Positions 1 through 14,100 of a stretch of 64,000 bases of DNA are shown here, piece by piece. Each line of letters starts with the position of its first letter. Position 1 is the stretch's first letter. Source of the stretch: the human T2T-CHM13v2.0 reference genome, Homo sapiens; assembly GCF_009914755.1 (NCBI RefSeq), contig NC_060925.1. One strand, 5' to 3'. The notes below the pieces were generated by a model. It was not told the DNA's origin and did no database searches. It saw only the letters and a list, made by a program, of their open reading frames with translations. The translations under genes were made by a program, and so were the position numbers.

Positions 1-87
1 GTAAAGGATCCTTCAACTCTGTGAGTTGAATACACACAACACAAGGAAGTTACTGAGAATTATTCTGTCTAGCATAATATGAAGAAA

Positions 88-104
88 TCCCGTTTCCAAC
101 GAAG
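88..104 (-). promoter_or_regulatory. CENP-B box (first of 188 complete box positions, one per ~340-bp dimer; a further one is truncated at 63995-64000)
   Basis: Plus-strand tcccgtttccaacgaag is the reverse complement of the canonical 17-bp CTTCGTTGGAAACGGGA, with all 9 core nucleotides (TTCG....A..CGGG) intact. It recurs at ~340-bp spacing throughout. Confidence 0.97.
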
Positions 105-259
105 GCCTCAAAGAGGTCTGAATATCCACTTGCAGACTTTACAAACAGAGTGTTTCCTAACTGCTCTATGAGAAGAAAAGTTAAACTCTGTGAGTTGAAC
201 GCACACATCACAAAAGATTTTCTGAGAATCATTCTGTCTAGTCTTTATATGAAGATAGT

Positions 260-276
260 TTCCTTTTCTACCATTG
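260..276 (-). other. pJalpha / A-box position of the A-type monomer (first instance; alternates with the CENP-B box monomer)
   Basis: ttccttttctaccattg (reverse complement CAATGGTAGAAAAGGAA) sits at the position homologous to the CENP-B box, one monomer downstream. This matches the established A/B monomer dichotomy. Confidence 0.8.
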
Positions 277-444
277 ACCTCAAAGCGGCTGAAATCTCCA
301 CTTGCAAATTCCACAAAAAGAGTGTTTCAAGTCTGCTCTGTGTAAAGGATCGTTCAACTCTGTGAGTTGAATACACACAACACAAGGAAGTTACTGAGAA
401 TTCTTCTGTCTAGCAGAATATGAAGAAATCCCGTTTCCAACGAA

Positions 445-1050
445 GGCCACAAGATGTCAGAATATCCACTTGCAGACTTTACAAACAGAGTGTTTCCTAA
501 CTGCTCTATGAACAGAAAGGTTAAACTCTGTGAGTTGAACGAACACATCACAACGCAGTTTGTGGGAATGATTCTGTCTAGTTTTGAAACGAAGATATTT
601 CCTTTTCTGCCGTTGACCTTAAAGCGCTTGAAATCTACACTTGCAAATTGCACAAATAGAGTGTTTCAAATCTGCTCTGTCTAAGGGAACGTTCAACTCT
701 GTGAGTTGAATGCACACAACACAAGGAAGTTACTGGGAATTCTTCTGTCTAGCCTTACATGAAAAAACCCGTTTCCAACGAAGGCCTCTAAGTGGTCAAA
801 ATATACACGTGCAGACTTTACAAACAGAGTGTTTCCAAACCGCTGAATGAAAAGAAAAGTTAAGCTCTGAGAGTTGAACGCACACATCACGCAGCAGTTT
901 CTGAGAATGATTCTGTCTAGTTTTTATACGAAGATATTTCCTTTTCTGCCTTTGGCCCCAAAGCGCTTGAAATCTCCACTTGCAAATTCCACAAAAACAG
1001 TGTTTCAAATCTGCTCTCTCTAAATGAAAGTTCAACTCTGTCAGTTGAAT
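445..1050 (-). repeat. Diverged HOR core block (about 4 monomers; first of 30 copies) that defines HOR units
   Basis: Diagnostic words found only in this block: acaacgcagtttgtgggaatg, aattgcacaaataga, ctaagggaacg, agccttacatg, cacgtg, ccaaaccgctgaatg, tttggccccaaagcgc, ctctctaaatgaaag. It is tracked by the MCIQLTE.. pseudo-ORF ending at 1056, 3775, 5814 ... 63604. Confidence 0.93.
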
Positions 1051-4000
1051 ACACACAACACAAGGAAGTTACTGAGAATTCTTCTGTCTAGCATAATATG
1101 AAGAAATCCCGTTTCCAACGAAGGCCTCAAAGGGGTCTGAATATCCACTTGCAGACTTTATAAACAGAGTGTTTACTAACTGCTCTATGAAAAGAAAGGT
1201 TAAACTCTGTGAGTTGAACACACACATCACAAAGGAGATTCTGAGAATCATTCTGTCTAGTTTTTCTACGAAGATATTTCCTTTTCTACTATTGACCTGA
1301 AAGCGGCTGAAATCTCCACTTGCAAATTCCACAAAAAGAGTGTTTCAAGTCTGCTCTGTGTAAAGGATCGTTCAACTCTGTGAGTTGAATACACACAACA
1401 CAAGGAAGTTACTGAGAATTCTTCTGTCTAGCAGAATAGGAAGAAATCCCGTTTCCAACGAAGGCCTCAAAGAGGTCTGAATATCCACTTGCAGACTTTA
1501 CAAACAGAGTGTTTCCTAACTGCTCTATGAAAAGAAAGGTTAAACTCTGTGAGTTGAACACACACATCACAAAGTAGTTTCTGAGAATCGTTCTGTCTAG
1601 TTTCTATAGGAAGATATTTCCTATTCTACCATTGACCTCAAAGCGGCTGAAATCTCCACTTGCAAATTCCACAAAAAGAATGTTTCAAGTCTGCTCTGTG
1701 TAAAGGATCGTTCAACTCTGTGAGTTGAATACACACAACACAAGGAAGTTACTGAGAATTATTCTGTCTAGCAGAATATGAAGAAATCCCGTTTCCAACG
1801 AAGGCCCCAAAGAGGTCTGAATATCCACTTGCAGACTTTACAAACAGAGTGTTTCCTAACTGCTCTGTGAAAAGAAAAGTTAAACTCTGTGAGTTGAACG
1901 CACACATCACAAAGGAGTTTATGAGAATCATTCTGTCTAGTCTTTATACGAAGATATTTCCTTTTCTACCATTGACCTCAAAGCGGCTGAAATCTCCACT
2001 TTCAAATTCCACAAAAAGAGTGTTTCAAGTCTGCTCTGTGTAAAGGATCGTTCAACTCTGTGAGTAGAATACACACAACACAAGGAAGTTACTGAGAATT
2101 CTTCTGTCTAGCAGAATATGAAGAAATCCCGTTTCCAACGAAGGCCTCAAGGAGGTCTGAATATCCACTTGCAGACTTTACAAACAGAGTGTTTCCTAAC
2201 TGCTCTATGAACAGAAAGGTTAAACTCTGTGAGTTGAACGCACACATCACAAAGGAGTTTCTGAGAATCATTCTGTCTAGTCTTTATACGAAGATATTTA
2301 CTTTTCTACCATTGACTTCAAAGCGGCTGAAATCTCCACTTGCAAATTCCACAAAAAGAGTGTTTCAAGTCTGCTCTGTGTAAAGGATCATTCAACTCTG
2401 TGAGTTGAATAAACACAACACAAGGAAGTTACTGAGAATTCTTCTGTCTAGCAGAATATGAAGAAATCCCGTTTCCAACGAAGGCCTCAAGGAGGTCTGA
2501 ATATCCACTTGCAGACTTTACAAACAGAGTGTTTCCTAACTGCTCTATGTAAAGAAAGGTTAAACTCTGTGAGTTGAACGCACACATCACAAAGGAGTTT
2601 CTGAGAATCATTCTGTCTAGTTTCTATAAGAAGATATTTCCTATTCTACCATTGACCTCAAAGCGGCTGAAATCTCCACTTGCAAATTCGACAAAAAGAG
2701 TGTTTCAAGCCTGCTCTCTGTAAAGGATCCTTCAACTCTGTGAGTTGAATACACACAACACAAGGAAGTTACTGAGAATTATTCTGTCTAGCATAATATG
2801 AAGAAATCCCGTTTCCAACGAAGGCCTCAAAGAGGTCTGAATATCCACTTGCACACTTTACAAACACAGTGTTTCCTAACTGCTCTATGAGAAGAAAAGT
2901 TAAACTCTGTGAGTTGAACGCACACATCACAAAAGATTTTCTGAGAATCATTCTGTCTTGTCTTTATATGAAGATAGTTTCCTTTTCTACCATTGACCTC
3001 AAAGCGGCTGAAATCTCCACTTGCAAATTCCACAAAAAGAGTGTTTCAAGTCTGCTCTGTGTAAAGGATCGTTCAACTCTGTGAGTTGAATACACACAAC
3101 ACAAGGAAGTTACTGAGAATTCTTCTGTCTAGCAGAATATGAAGAAATCCCGTTTCCAACGAAGGCCACAAGATATCAGAATATCCACTTACAGACTTTA
3201 CAAACAGAGTGTTTCCTAACTGCTCTATGAACAGAAAGGTTAAACTCTGTGAGTTGAACGAACACATCACAACGCAGTTTGTGGGAATGATTCTGTCTAG
3301 TTTTGAAACGAAGATATTTCCTTTTCTGCCGTTGACCTTAAAGCGCTTGAAATCTACACTTGCAAATTGCACAAATAGAGTGTTTCAAATCTGCTCTGTC
3401 TAAGGGAACGTTCAACTCTGTGAGTTGAATGCACACAACACAAGGAAGTTACTGGGAATTCTTCTGTCTAGCCTTACATGAAAAAACCCGTTTCCAACGA
3501 AGGCCTCTAAGTGGTCAAAATATACACGTGCAGACTTTATAAACAGAGTGTTTCCAAACCGCTGAATGAAAAGAAAAGTTAAACTCTGAGAGTTGAACGC
3601 ACACATCATGCAGCAGTTTCTGAGAATGATTCTGTCTAGTTTTTATACGAAGATATTTCCTTTTCTGCCTTTGGCCCCAAAGCGCTTGAAATCTCCACTT
3701 GCAAATTCCACAAAAACAGTGTTTCAAATCTGCTCTCTCTAAATGAAAGTTCAACTCTGTCAGTTGAATACACACAACACAAGGAAGTTACTGAGAATTC
3801 TTCTGTCTAGCATAATATGAAGAAATCCCGTTTCCAACGAAGGCCTCAAAGGGGTCTGAATATCCACTTGCAGACTTTATAAACAGAGTGTTTACTAACT
3901 GCTCTATGAAAAGAAAGGTTAAACTCTGTGAGTTGAACACACACATCACAAAGGAGTTTCTGAGAATCATTCTGTCTAGTTTTTCTACGAAGATATTTCC

Positions 4001-7000
4001 TTTTCTACTATTGACCTGAAAGCGGCTGAAATCTCCACTTGCAAATTCCACAAAAAGAGTGTTTCAAGTCTGCTCTGTGTAAAGGATCGTTCAACTCTGT
4101 GAGTTGAATACACACAACACAAGGAAGTTACTGAGAATTCTTCTGTCTAGCAGAATAGGAAGAAATCCCGTTTCCAACGAAGGCCTCAAAGAGGTCTGAA
4201 TATCCACTTGCAGACTTTACAAACAGAGTGTTTCCTAACTGCTCTATGAAAAGAAAAGTTAAACTCTGTGAGTTGAACGCACACATCACAAAGGAGTTTC
4301 TGAGAATCGTTCTGTCTAGTTTCTATAGGAAGATATTTCCTATTCTACCATTGACCTCAAAGCGGCTGAAATCTCCACTTTCAAATTCCACAAAAAGAGT
4401 GTTTCAAGTCTGCTCTGTGTAAAGGATCGTTCAACTCTGTGAGTAGAATACACACAACACAAGGAAGTCACTGAGAATTCTTCTGTCTAGCAGAATATGA
4501 AGAAATCCCCTTTCCAACGAAGGCCTCAAGGAGGTCTGAATATCCACTTGCAGACTTTACAAACAGAGTGTTTCCTAACTGCTCTATGAAAAGAAAGGTT
4601 AAACTCTGTGAGTTGAACGCACACATCACAAAGGAGTTTATGAGAATCATTCTGTCTAGTTTCTATAAGAAGATATTTCCTATTCTACCATTGACCTCAA
4701 AGCGGCTGAAATCTCCACTTGCAAATTCGACAAAAAGAGTGTTTCAAGCCTGCTCTCTGTAAAGGATCCTTCAACTCTGTGAGTTGAATACACACAACAC
4801 AAGGAAGTTACTGAGAATTATTCTGTCTAGCATAATATGAAGAAATCCCGTTTCCAACGAAGGCCTCAAAGAGGTCTGAATATCCACTTGCAGACTTTAC
4901 AAACAGAGTGTTTCCTAACTGCTCTATGAGAAGAAAAGTTAAACTCTGTGAGTTGAACGCACACATCACAAAAGATTTTCTGAGAATCATTCTGTCTAGT
5001 CTTTATATGAAGATAGTTTCCTTTTCTACCATTGACCTCAAAGCGGCTGAAATCTCCACTTGCAAATTCCACAAAAAGAGTGTTTCAAGTCTGCTCTGTG
5101 TAAAGGATCGTTCAACTCTGTGAGTTGAATACACACAACACAAGGAAGTTACTGAGAATTCTTCTGTCTAGCAGAATATGAAGAAATCCCGTTTCCAACG
5201 AAGGCCACAAGATGTCAGAATATCCACTTGCAGACTTTACAAACAGAGTGTTTCCTAACTGCTCTATGAACAGAAAGGTTAAACTCTGTGAGTTGAACGA
5301 ACACATCACAACGCAGTTTGTGGGAATGATTCTGTCTAGTTTTGAAACGAAGATATTTCCTTTTCTGCCGTTGACCTTAAAGCGCTTGAAATCTACACTT
5401 GCAAATTGCACAAATAGAGTGTTTCAAATCTGCTCTGTCTAAGGGTACGTTCAACTCTGTGAGTTGAATGCACACAACACAAGGAAGTTACTGGGAATTC
5501 TTCTGTCTAGCCTTACATGAAAAAACCCGTTTCCAACGAAGGCCTCTAAGTGGTCAAAATATACACGTGCAGACTTTACAAACAGAGTGTTTCCAAACCG
5601 CTGAATGAAAAGAAAAGTTAAGCTCTGAGAGTTGAACGCACACATCACGCAGCAGTTTCTGAGAATGATTCTGTCTAGTTTTTATACGAAGATATTTCCT
5701 TTTCTGCCTTTGGCCCCAAAGCGCTTGAAATCTCCACTTGCAAATTCCACAAAAACAGTGTTTCAAATCTGCTCTCTCTAAATGAAAGTTCAACTCTGTC
5801 AGTTGAATACACACAACACAAGGAAGTTACTGAGAATTCTTCTGTCTAGCATAATATGAAGAAATCCCGTTTCCAACGAAGGCCTCAAAGGGGTCTGAAT
5901 ATCCACTTGCAGACTTTATAAACAGAGTGTTTACTAACTGCTCTATGAAAAGAAAGGTTAAACTCTGTGAGTTGAACACACACATCACAAAGGAGTTTCT
6001 GAGAATCATTCTGTCTAGTTTTTCTACGAAGATATTTCCTTTTCTACTATTGACCTGAAAGCGGCTGAAATCTCCACTTGCAAATTCCACAAAAAGAGTG
6101 TTTCAAGTCTGCTCTGTGTAAAGGATCGTTCAACTCTGTGAGTAGAATACACACAACACAAGGAAGTCACTGAGAATTCTTCTGTCTAGCAGAATATGAA
6201 GAAATCCCGTTTCCAACGAAGGCCTCAAGGAGGTCTGAATATCCACTTGCAGACTTTACAAACAGAGTGTTTCCTAACTGCTCTATGAAAAGAAAGGTTA
6301 AACTCTGTGAGTTGAACGCACACATCACAAAGGAGTTTATGAGAATCATTCTGTCTAGTTTCTATAAGAAGATATTTCCTATTCTACCATTGACCTCAAA
6401 GCGGCTGAAATCTCCACTTGCAAATTCGACAAAAAGAGTGTTTCAAGCCTGCTCTCTGTAAAGGATCCTTCAACTCTGTGAGTTGAATACACACAACACA
6501 AGGAAGTTACTGAGAATTATTCTGTCTAGCATAATATGAAGAAATCCCGTTTCCAACGAAGGCCTCAAAGAGGTCTGAATATCCACTTGCAGACTTTACA
6601 AACAGAGTGTTTCCTAACTGCTCTATGAGAAGAAAAGTTAAACTCTGTGAGTTGAACGCACACATCACAAAAGATTTTCTGAGAATCATTCTGTCTTGTC
6701 TTTATACGAAGATATTTCCTTTTCTACCATTGACCTCAAAGCGGCTGAAATCTCCACTTGCAAATTCCACAAAAAGAGTGTTTCAAGTCTGCTCTGTGTA
6801 AAGGATCGTTCAACTCTGTGAGTAGAATACACACAACACAAGGAAGTCACTGAGAATTCTTCTGTCTAGCAGAATATGAAGAAATCCCGTTTCTAACGAA
6901 GGCCTCAAGGAGGTCTGAATATCCACTTGCAGACTTTACAAACAGAGTGTTTCCTAACTGCTCTATGAACAGAAAGGTTAAACTCTGTGAGTTGAACGCA

Positions 7001-10000
7001 CACATCACAAAGGAGTTTCTGAGAATCAATCTGTCTAGTCTTTATACGAAGATATTTACTTTTCTACCATTGACTTCAAAGCGGCTGAAATCTCCACTTG
7101 CAAATTCCAAAAAAAGAGTGTTTCAAGTCTGCTCTGTGTAAAGGATCATTCAACTCTGTGAGTTGAATAAACACAACACAAGGAAGTTACTGAGAATTCT
7201 TCTGTCTAGCAGAATATGAAGAAATCCCGTTTCCAACGAAGGCCTCAAGGAGGTCTGAATATCCACTTGCAGACTTTACAAACAGAGTGTTTCCTAACTG
7301 CTCTATGAAAAGAAAGGTTAAACTCTGTGAGTTGAACGCACACATCACAAAGGAGTTTCTGAGAATCATTCTGTCTAGTTTCTATAAGAAGATATTTCCT
7401 ATTCTACCATTGACCTCAAAGCGGCTGAAATCTCCAATTGCAAATTCGACAAAAAGAGTGTTTCAAGCCTGCTCTCTGTAAAGGATCCTTCAACTCTGTG
7501 AGTTGAATACACACAACACAAGGAAGTTACTGAGAATTCTTCTGTCTAGCATAATATGAAGAAATCCCGTTTCCAACGAAGGCCTCAAAGAGGTCTGAAT
7601 ATCCACTTGCACACTTTACAAACAGAGTGTTTCCTAACTGCTCTATGAGAAGAAAAGTTAAACTCTGTGAGTTGAACGCACACATCACAAAAGATTTTCT
7701 GAGAATCATTCTGTCTTGTCTTTATATGAAGATAGTTTCCTTTTCTACCATTGACCTCAAAGCGGCTGAAATCTCCACTTGCAAATTCCACAAAAAGAGT
7801 GTTTCAAGTCTGCTCTGTGTAAAGGATCGTTCAACTCTGTGAGTTGAATACACACAACACAAGGAAGTTACTGAGAATTCTTCTGTCTAGCAGAATATGA
7901 AGAAATCCCGTTTCCAACGAAGGCCACAAGATATCAGAATATCCACTTACAGACTTTACAAACAGAGTGTTTCCTAACTGCTCTATGAACAGAAAGGTTA
8001 AACTCTGTGAGTTGAACGAACACATCACAACGCAGTTTGTGGGAATGATTCTGTCTAGTTTTGAAACGAAGATATTTCCTTTTCTGCCGTTGACCTTAAA
8101 GCGCTTGAAATCTACACTTGCAAATTGCACAAATAGAGTGTTTCAAATCTGCTCTGTCTAAGGGAACGTTCAACTCTGTGAGTTGAATGCACACAACACA
8201 AGGAAGTTACTGGGAATTCTTCTGTCTAGCCTTACATGAAAAAACCCGTTTCCAACGAAGGCCTCTAAGTGGTCAAAATATACACGTGCAGACTTTATAA
8301 ACAGAGTGTTTCCAAACCGCTGAATGAAAAGAAAAGTTAAACTCTGAGAGTTGAACGCACACATCACGCAGCAGTTTCTGAGAATGATTCTGTCTAGTTT
8401 TTATACGAAGATATTTCCTTTTCTGCCTTTGGCCCCAAAGCGCTTGAAATCTCCACTTGCAAATTCCACAAAAACAGTGTCTCAAATCTGCTCTCTCTAA
8501 ATGAAAGTTCAACCCTGTCAGTTGAATACACACAACACAAGGAAGTTACTGAGAATTCTTCTGTCTAGCATAATATGAAGAAATCCCGTTTCCAACGAAG
8601 GCCTCAAAGGGGTCTGAATATCCACTTGCAGACTTTATAAACAGAGTGTTTACTAACTGCTCTATGAAAAGAAAGGTTAAACTCTGTGAGTTGAACACAC
8701 ACATCACAAAGGAGTTTCTGAGAATCATTCTGTCTAGTTTTTCTACGAAGATATTTCCTTTTCTACTATTGACCTGAAAGCGGCTGAAATCTCCACTTGC
8801 AAATTCCACAAAAAGAGTGTTTCAAGTCTGCTCTGTGTAAAGGATCGTTCAACTCTGTGAGTTGAATACACACAACACAAGGAAGTTACTGAGAATTCTT
8901 CTGTCTAGCAGAATAGGAAGAAATCCCGTTTCCAACGAAGGCCTCAAAGAGGTCTGAATATCCACTTGCAGACTTTACAAACAGAGTGTTTCCTAACTGC
9001 TCTATGAAAAGAAAAGTTAAACTCTGTGAGTTGAACGCACACATCACAAAGGAGTTTCTGAGAATCGTTCTGTCTAGTTTCTATAGGAAGATATTTCCTA
9101 TTCTACCATTGACCTCAAAGCGGCTGAAATCTCCACTTTCAAATTCCACAAAAAGAGTGTTTCAAGTCTGCTCTGTGTAAAGGATCGTTCAACTCTGTGA
9201 GTAGAATACACACAACACAAGGAAGTCACTGAGAATTCTTCTGTCTAGCAGAATATGAAGAAATCCCGTTTCCAACGAAGGCCTCAAGGAGGTCTGAATA
9301 TCCACTTGCAGACTTTACAAACAGAGTGTTTCCTAACTGCTCTATGAAAAGAAAGGTTAAACTCTGTGAGTTGAACGCACACATCACAAAGGAGTTTATG
9401 AGAATCATTCTGTCTAGTTTCTATAAGAAGATATTTCCTATTCTACCATTGACCTCAAAGCGGCTGAAATCTCCACTTGCAAATTCGACAAAAAGAGTGT
9501 TTCAAGCCTGCTCTCTGTAAAGGATCCTTCAACTCTGTGAGTTGAATACACACAACACAAGGAAGTTACTGAGAATTATTCTGTCTAGCATAATATGAAG
9601 AAATCCCGTTTCCAACGAAGGCCTCAAAGAGGTCTGAATATCCACTTGCAGACTTTACAAACAGAGTGTTTCCTAACTGCTCTATGAGAAGAAAAGTTAA
9701 ACTCTGTGAGTTGAACGCACACATCACAAAAGATTTTCTGAGAATCATTCTGTCTAGTCTTTATATGAAGATAGTTTCCTTTTCTACCATTGACCTCAAA
9801 GCGGCTGAAATCTCCACTTGCAAATTCCACAAAAAGAGTGTTTCAAGTCTGCTCTGTGTAAAGGATCGTTCAACTCTGTGAGTTGAATACACACAACACA
9901 AGGAAGTTACTGAGAATTCTTCTGTCTAGCAGAATATGAAGAAATCCCGTTTCCAACGAAGGCCACAAGATGTCAGAATATCCACTTGCAGACTTTACAA

Positions 10001-11146
10001 ACAGAGTGTTTCCTAACTGCTCTATGAACAGAAAGGTTAAACTCTGTGAGTTGAACGAACACATCACAACGCAGTTTGTGGGAATGATTCTGTCTAGTTT
10101 TGAAACGAAGATATTTCCTTTTCTGCCGTTGACCTTAAAGCGCTTGAAATCTACACTTGCAAATTGCACAAATAGAGTGTTTCAAATCTGCTCTGTCTAA
10201 GGGAACGTTCAACTCTGTGAGTTGAATGCACACAACACAAGGAAGTTACTGGGAATTCTTCTGTCTAGCCTTACATGAAAAAACCCGTTTCCAACGAAGG
10301 CCTCTAAGTGGTCAAAATATACACGTGCAGACTTTACAAACAGAGTGTTTCCAAACCGCTGAATGAAAAGAAAAGTTAAGCTCTGAGAGTTGAACGCACA
10401 CATCACGCAGCAGTTTCTGAGAATGATTCTGTCTAGTTTTTATACGAAGATATTTCCTTTTCTGCCTTTGGCCCCAAAGCGCTTGAAATCTCCACTTGCA
10501 AATTCCACAAAAACAGTGTTTCAAATCTGCTCTCTCTAAATGAAAGTTCAACTCTGTCAGTTGAATACACACAACACAAGGAAGTTACTGAGAATTCTTC
10601 TGTCTAGCATAATATGAAGAAATCCCGTTTCCAACGAAGGCCTCAAAGGGGTCTGAATATCCACTTGCAGACTTTATAAACAGAGTGTTTACTAACTGCT
10701 CTATGAAAAGAAAGGTTAAACTCTGTGAGTTGAACACACACATCACAAAGGAGATTCTGAGAATCATTCTGTCTAGTTTTTCTACGAAGATATTTCCTTT
10801 TCTACTATTGACCTGAAAGCGGCTGAAATCTCCACTTGCAAATTCCACAAAAAGAGTGTTTCAAGTCTGCTCTGTGTAAAGCATCGTTCAACTCTGTGAG
10901 TTGAATACACACAACACAAGGAAGTTACTGAGAATTCTTCTGTCTAGCAGAATAGGAAGAAATCCCGTTTCCAACGAAGGCCTCAAAGAGGTCTGAATAT
11001 CCACTTGCAGACTTTACAAACAGAGTGTTTCCTAACTGCTCTATGAAAAGAAAGGTTAAACTCTGTGAGTTGAACACACACATCACAAAGGAGTTTCTGA
11101 GAATCGTTCTGTCTAGTTTCTATAGGAAGATATTTCCTATTCTACC

Positions 11147-14100
11147 ATTGACCTCAAAGCGGCTGAAATCTCCACTTGCAAATTCCACAAAAAGAATGTT
11201 TCAAGTCTGCTCTGTGTAAAGGATCGTTCAACTCTGTGAGTTGAATACACACAACACAAGGAAGTTACTGAGAATTATTCTGTCTAGCAGAATATGAAGA
11301 AATCCCGTTTCCAACGAAGGCCCCAAAGAGGTCTGAATATCCACTTGCAGACTTTACAAACAGAGTGTTTCCTAACTGCTCTGTGAAAAGAAAAGTTAAA
11401 CTCTGTGAGTTGAACGCACACATCACAAAGGAGTTTATGAGAATCATTCTGTCTAGTCTTTATACGAAGATATTTCCTTTTCTACCATTGACCTCAAAGC
11501 GGCTGAAATCTCCACTTTCAAATTCCACAAAAAGAGTGTTTCAAGTCTGCTCTGTGTAAAGGATCGTTCAACTCTGTGAGTAGAATACACACAACACAAG
11601 GAAGTTACTGAGAATTCTTCTGTCTAGCAGAATATGAAGAAATCCCGTTTCCAACGAAGGCCTCAAGGAGGTCTGAATATCCACTTGCAGACTTTACAAA
11701 CAGAGTGTTTCCTAACTGCTCTATGAACAGAAAGGTTAAACTCTGTGAGTTGAACGCACACATCACAAAGGAGTTTCTGAGAATCATTCTGTCTAGTCTT
11801 TATACGAAGATATTTACTTTTCTACCATTGACTTCAAAGCGGCTGAAATCTCCACTTGCAAATTCCACAAAAAGAGTGTTTCAAGTCTGCTCTGTGTAAA
11901 GGATCATTCAACTCTGTGAGTTGAATAAACACAACACAAGGAAGTTACTGAGAATTCTTCTGTCTAGCAGAATATGAAGAAATCCCGTTTCCAACGAAGG
12001 CCTCAAGGAGGTCTGAATATCCACTTGCAGACTTTACAAACAGAGTGTTTCCTAACTGCTCTATGAAAAGAAAGGTTAAACTCTGTGAGTTGAACGCACA
12101 CATCACAAAGGAGTTTATGAGAATCATTCTGTCTAGTTTCTATAAGAAGATATTTCCTATTCTACCATTGACCTCAAAGCGGCTGAAATCTCCACTTGCA
12201 AATTCGACAAAAAGAGTGTTTCAAGCCTGCTCTCTGTAAAGGATCCTTCAACTCTGTGAGTTGAATACACACAACACAAGGAAGTTACTGAGAATTATTC
12301 TGTCTAGCAGAATATGAAGAAATCCCGTTTCCAACGAAGGCCTCAAAGAGGTCTGAATATCCACTTGCAGACTTTACAAACAGAGTGTTTCCTAACTGCT
12401 CTATGAGAAGAAAAGTTAAACTCTGTGAGTTGAACGCACACATCACAAAAGATTTTCTGAGAATCATTCTGTCTAGTCTTTATATGAAGATAGTTTCCTT
12501 TTCTACCATTGACCTCAAAGCGGCTGAAATCTCCACTTGCAAATTCCACAAAAAGAGTGTTTCAAGTCTGCTCTGTGTAAAGGATCGTTCAACTCTGTGA
12601 GTTGAATACACACAACACAAGGAAGTTACTGAGAATTCTTCTGTCTAGCAGAATATGAAGAAATCCCGTTTCCAACGAAGGCCACAAGATGTCAGAATAT
12701 CCACTTACAGACTTTACAAACAGAGTGTTTCCTAACTGCTCTATGAACAGAAAGGTTAAACTCTGTGAGTTGAACGAACACATCACAACGCAGTTTGTGG
12801 GAATGATTCTGTCTAGTTTTGAAACGAAGATATTTCCTTTTCTGCCGTTGACCTTAAAGCGCTTGAAATCTACACTTGCAAATTGCACAAATAGAGTGTT
12901 TCAAATCTGCTCTGTCTAAGGGAACGTTCAACTCTGTGAGTTGAATGCACACAACACAAGGAAGTTACTGGGAATTCTTCTGTCTAGCCGTACATGAAAA
13001 AACCCGTTTCCAACGAAGGCCTCTAAGTGGTCAAAATATACACGTGCAGACTTTACAAACAGAGTGTTTCCAAACCGCTGAATGAAAAGAAAAGTTAAAC
13101 TCTGAGAGTTGAACGCACACATCACGCAGCAGTTTCTGAGAATGACTCTGTCTAGTTTTTATACGAAGATATTTCCTTTTCTGCCTTTGGCCCCAAAGCG
13201 CTTGAAATCTCCACTTGCAAATTCCACAAAAACAGTGTTTCAAATCTGCTCTCTCTAAATGAAAGTTCAACTCTGTCAGTTGAATACACACTACACAAGG
13301 AAGTTACTGAGAATTCTTCTGTCTAGCATAATATGAAGTAATCCCGTTTCCAACGAAGGCCTCAAAGGGGTCTGAATATCCACTTGCAGACTTTATAAAC
13401 AGAGTGTTTACTAACTGCTCTATGAAAAGAAAGGTTAAACTCTGTGAGTTGAACACACACATCACAAAGGAGTTTCTGAGAATCATTCTGTCTAGTTTTT
13501 CTACGAAGATATTTCCTTTTCTACTATTGACCTGAAAGCGGCTGAAATCTCCACTTGCAAATTCCACAAAAAGAGTGTTTCAAGTCTGCTCTGTGTAAAG
13601 GATCGTTCAACTCTGTGAGTTGAATACACACAACACAAGGAAGTTACTGAGAATTCTTCTGTCTAGCAGAATATGAAGAAATCCCGTTTCCAACGAAGGC
13701 CTCAAAGAGGTCTGAATATCCACATGCAGACTTTACAAACAGAGTGTTTCCTAACTGCTCTATGAAAAGAAAAGTTAAACTCTGTGAGTTGAACGCACAC
13801 ATCACAAAGGAGTTTATGAGAATCATTCTGTCTAGTCTTTATACGAAGATATTTCCTTTTCTACCATTGACCTCAAAGCGGCTGAAATCTCCACTTTCAA
13901 ATTCTACAAAAAGTGTGTTTCAAGTCTGCTCTGTGTAAAGGATCGTTCAACTCTGTGAGTAGAATACACACAACACAAGGAAGTTACTGAGAATTATTCT
14001 GTCTAGCAGAATATGAAGAAATCCCGTTTCCAACGAAGGCCTCAAGGAGGTCTGAATATCCACTTGCAGACTTTACAAACAGAGTGTTTCCTAACTGCTC

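Larger units (their letters stand above)
1..10850. repeat. 4758-bp super-repeat (16-mer + 12-mer HOR pair), about 2.3 imperfect copies
   Basis: Core spacings are 2719/2039/2719/2039. Rare alleles recur at +4758 (gcacacttt ~2853/~7611; agatatcag ~3175/~7933; core actttataaac ~3540/~8298). Filler dimers at ~1.4-2.0 kb and ~6.1-6.8 kb differ. Confidence 0.8.

Noticed and set aside
806-811. E-box CACGTG once per core, and short palindromes (AGGCCT, GAATTC, AGCGCT, ttcaactctgtgagttgaa dyad)
   Set aside because: Six-base motifs are expected by chance and are multiplied by the repeat. The short dyad is a general alphoid feature. No function can be inferred from sequence alone, so they are useful only as restriction landmarks.
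796-1056. Cys/His-rich pseudo-ORF resembling a zinc-binding peptide (HCFCGIC, CKVC)
   Set aside because: The Cys/His richness follows from TGT/CAC-rich satellite sequence. There is no consistent zinc-finger spacing or evidence of expression.
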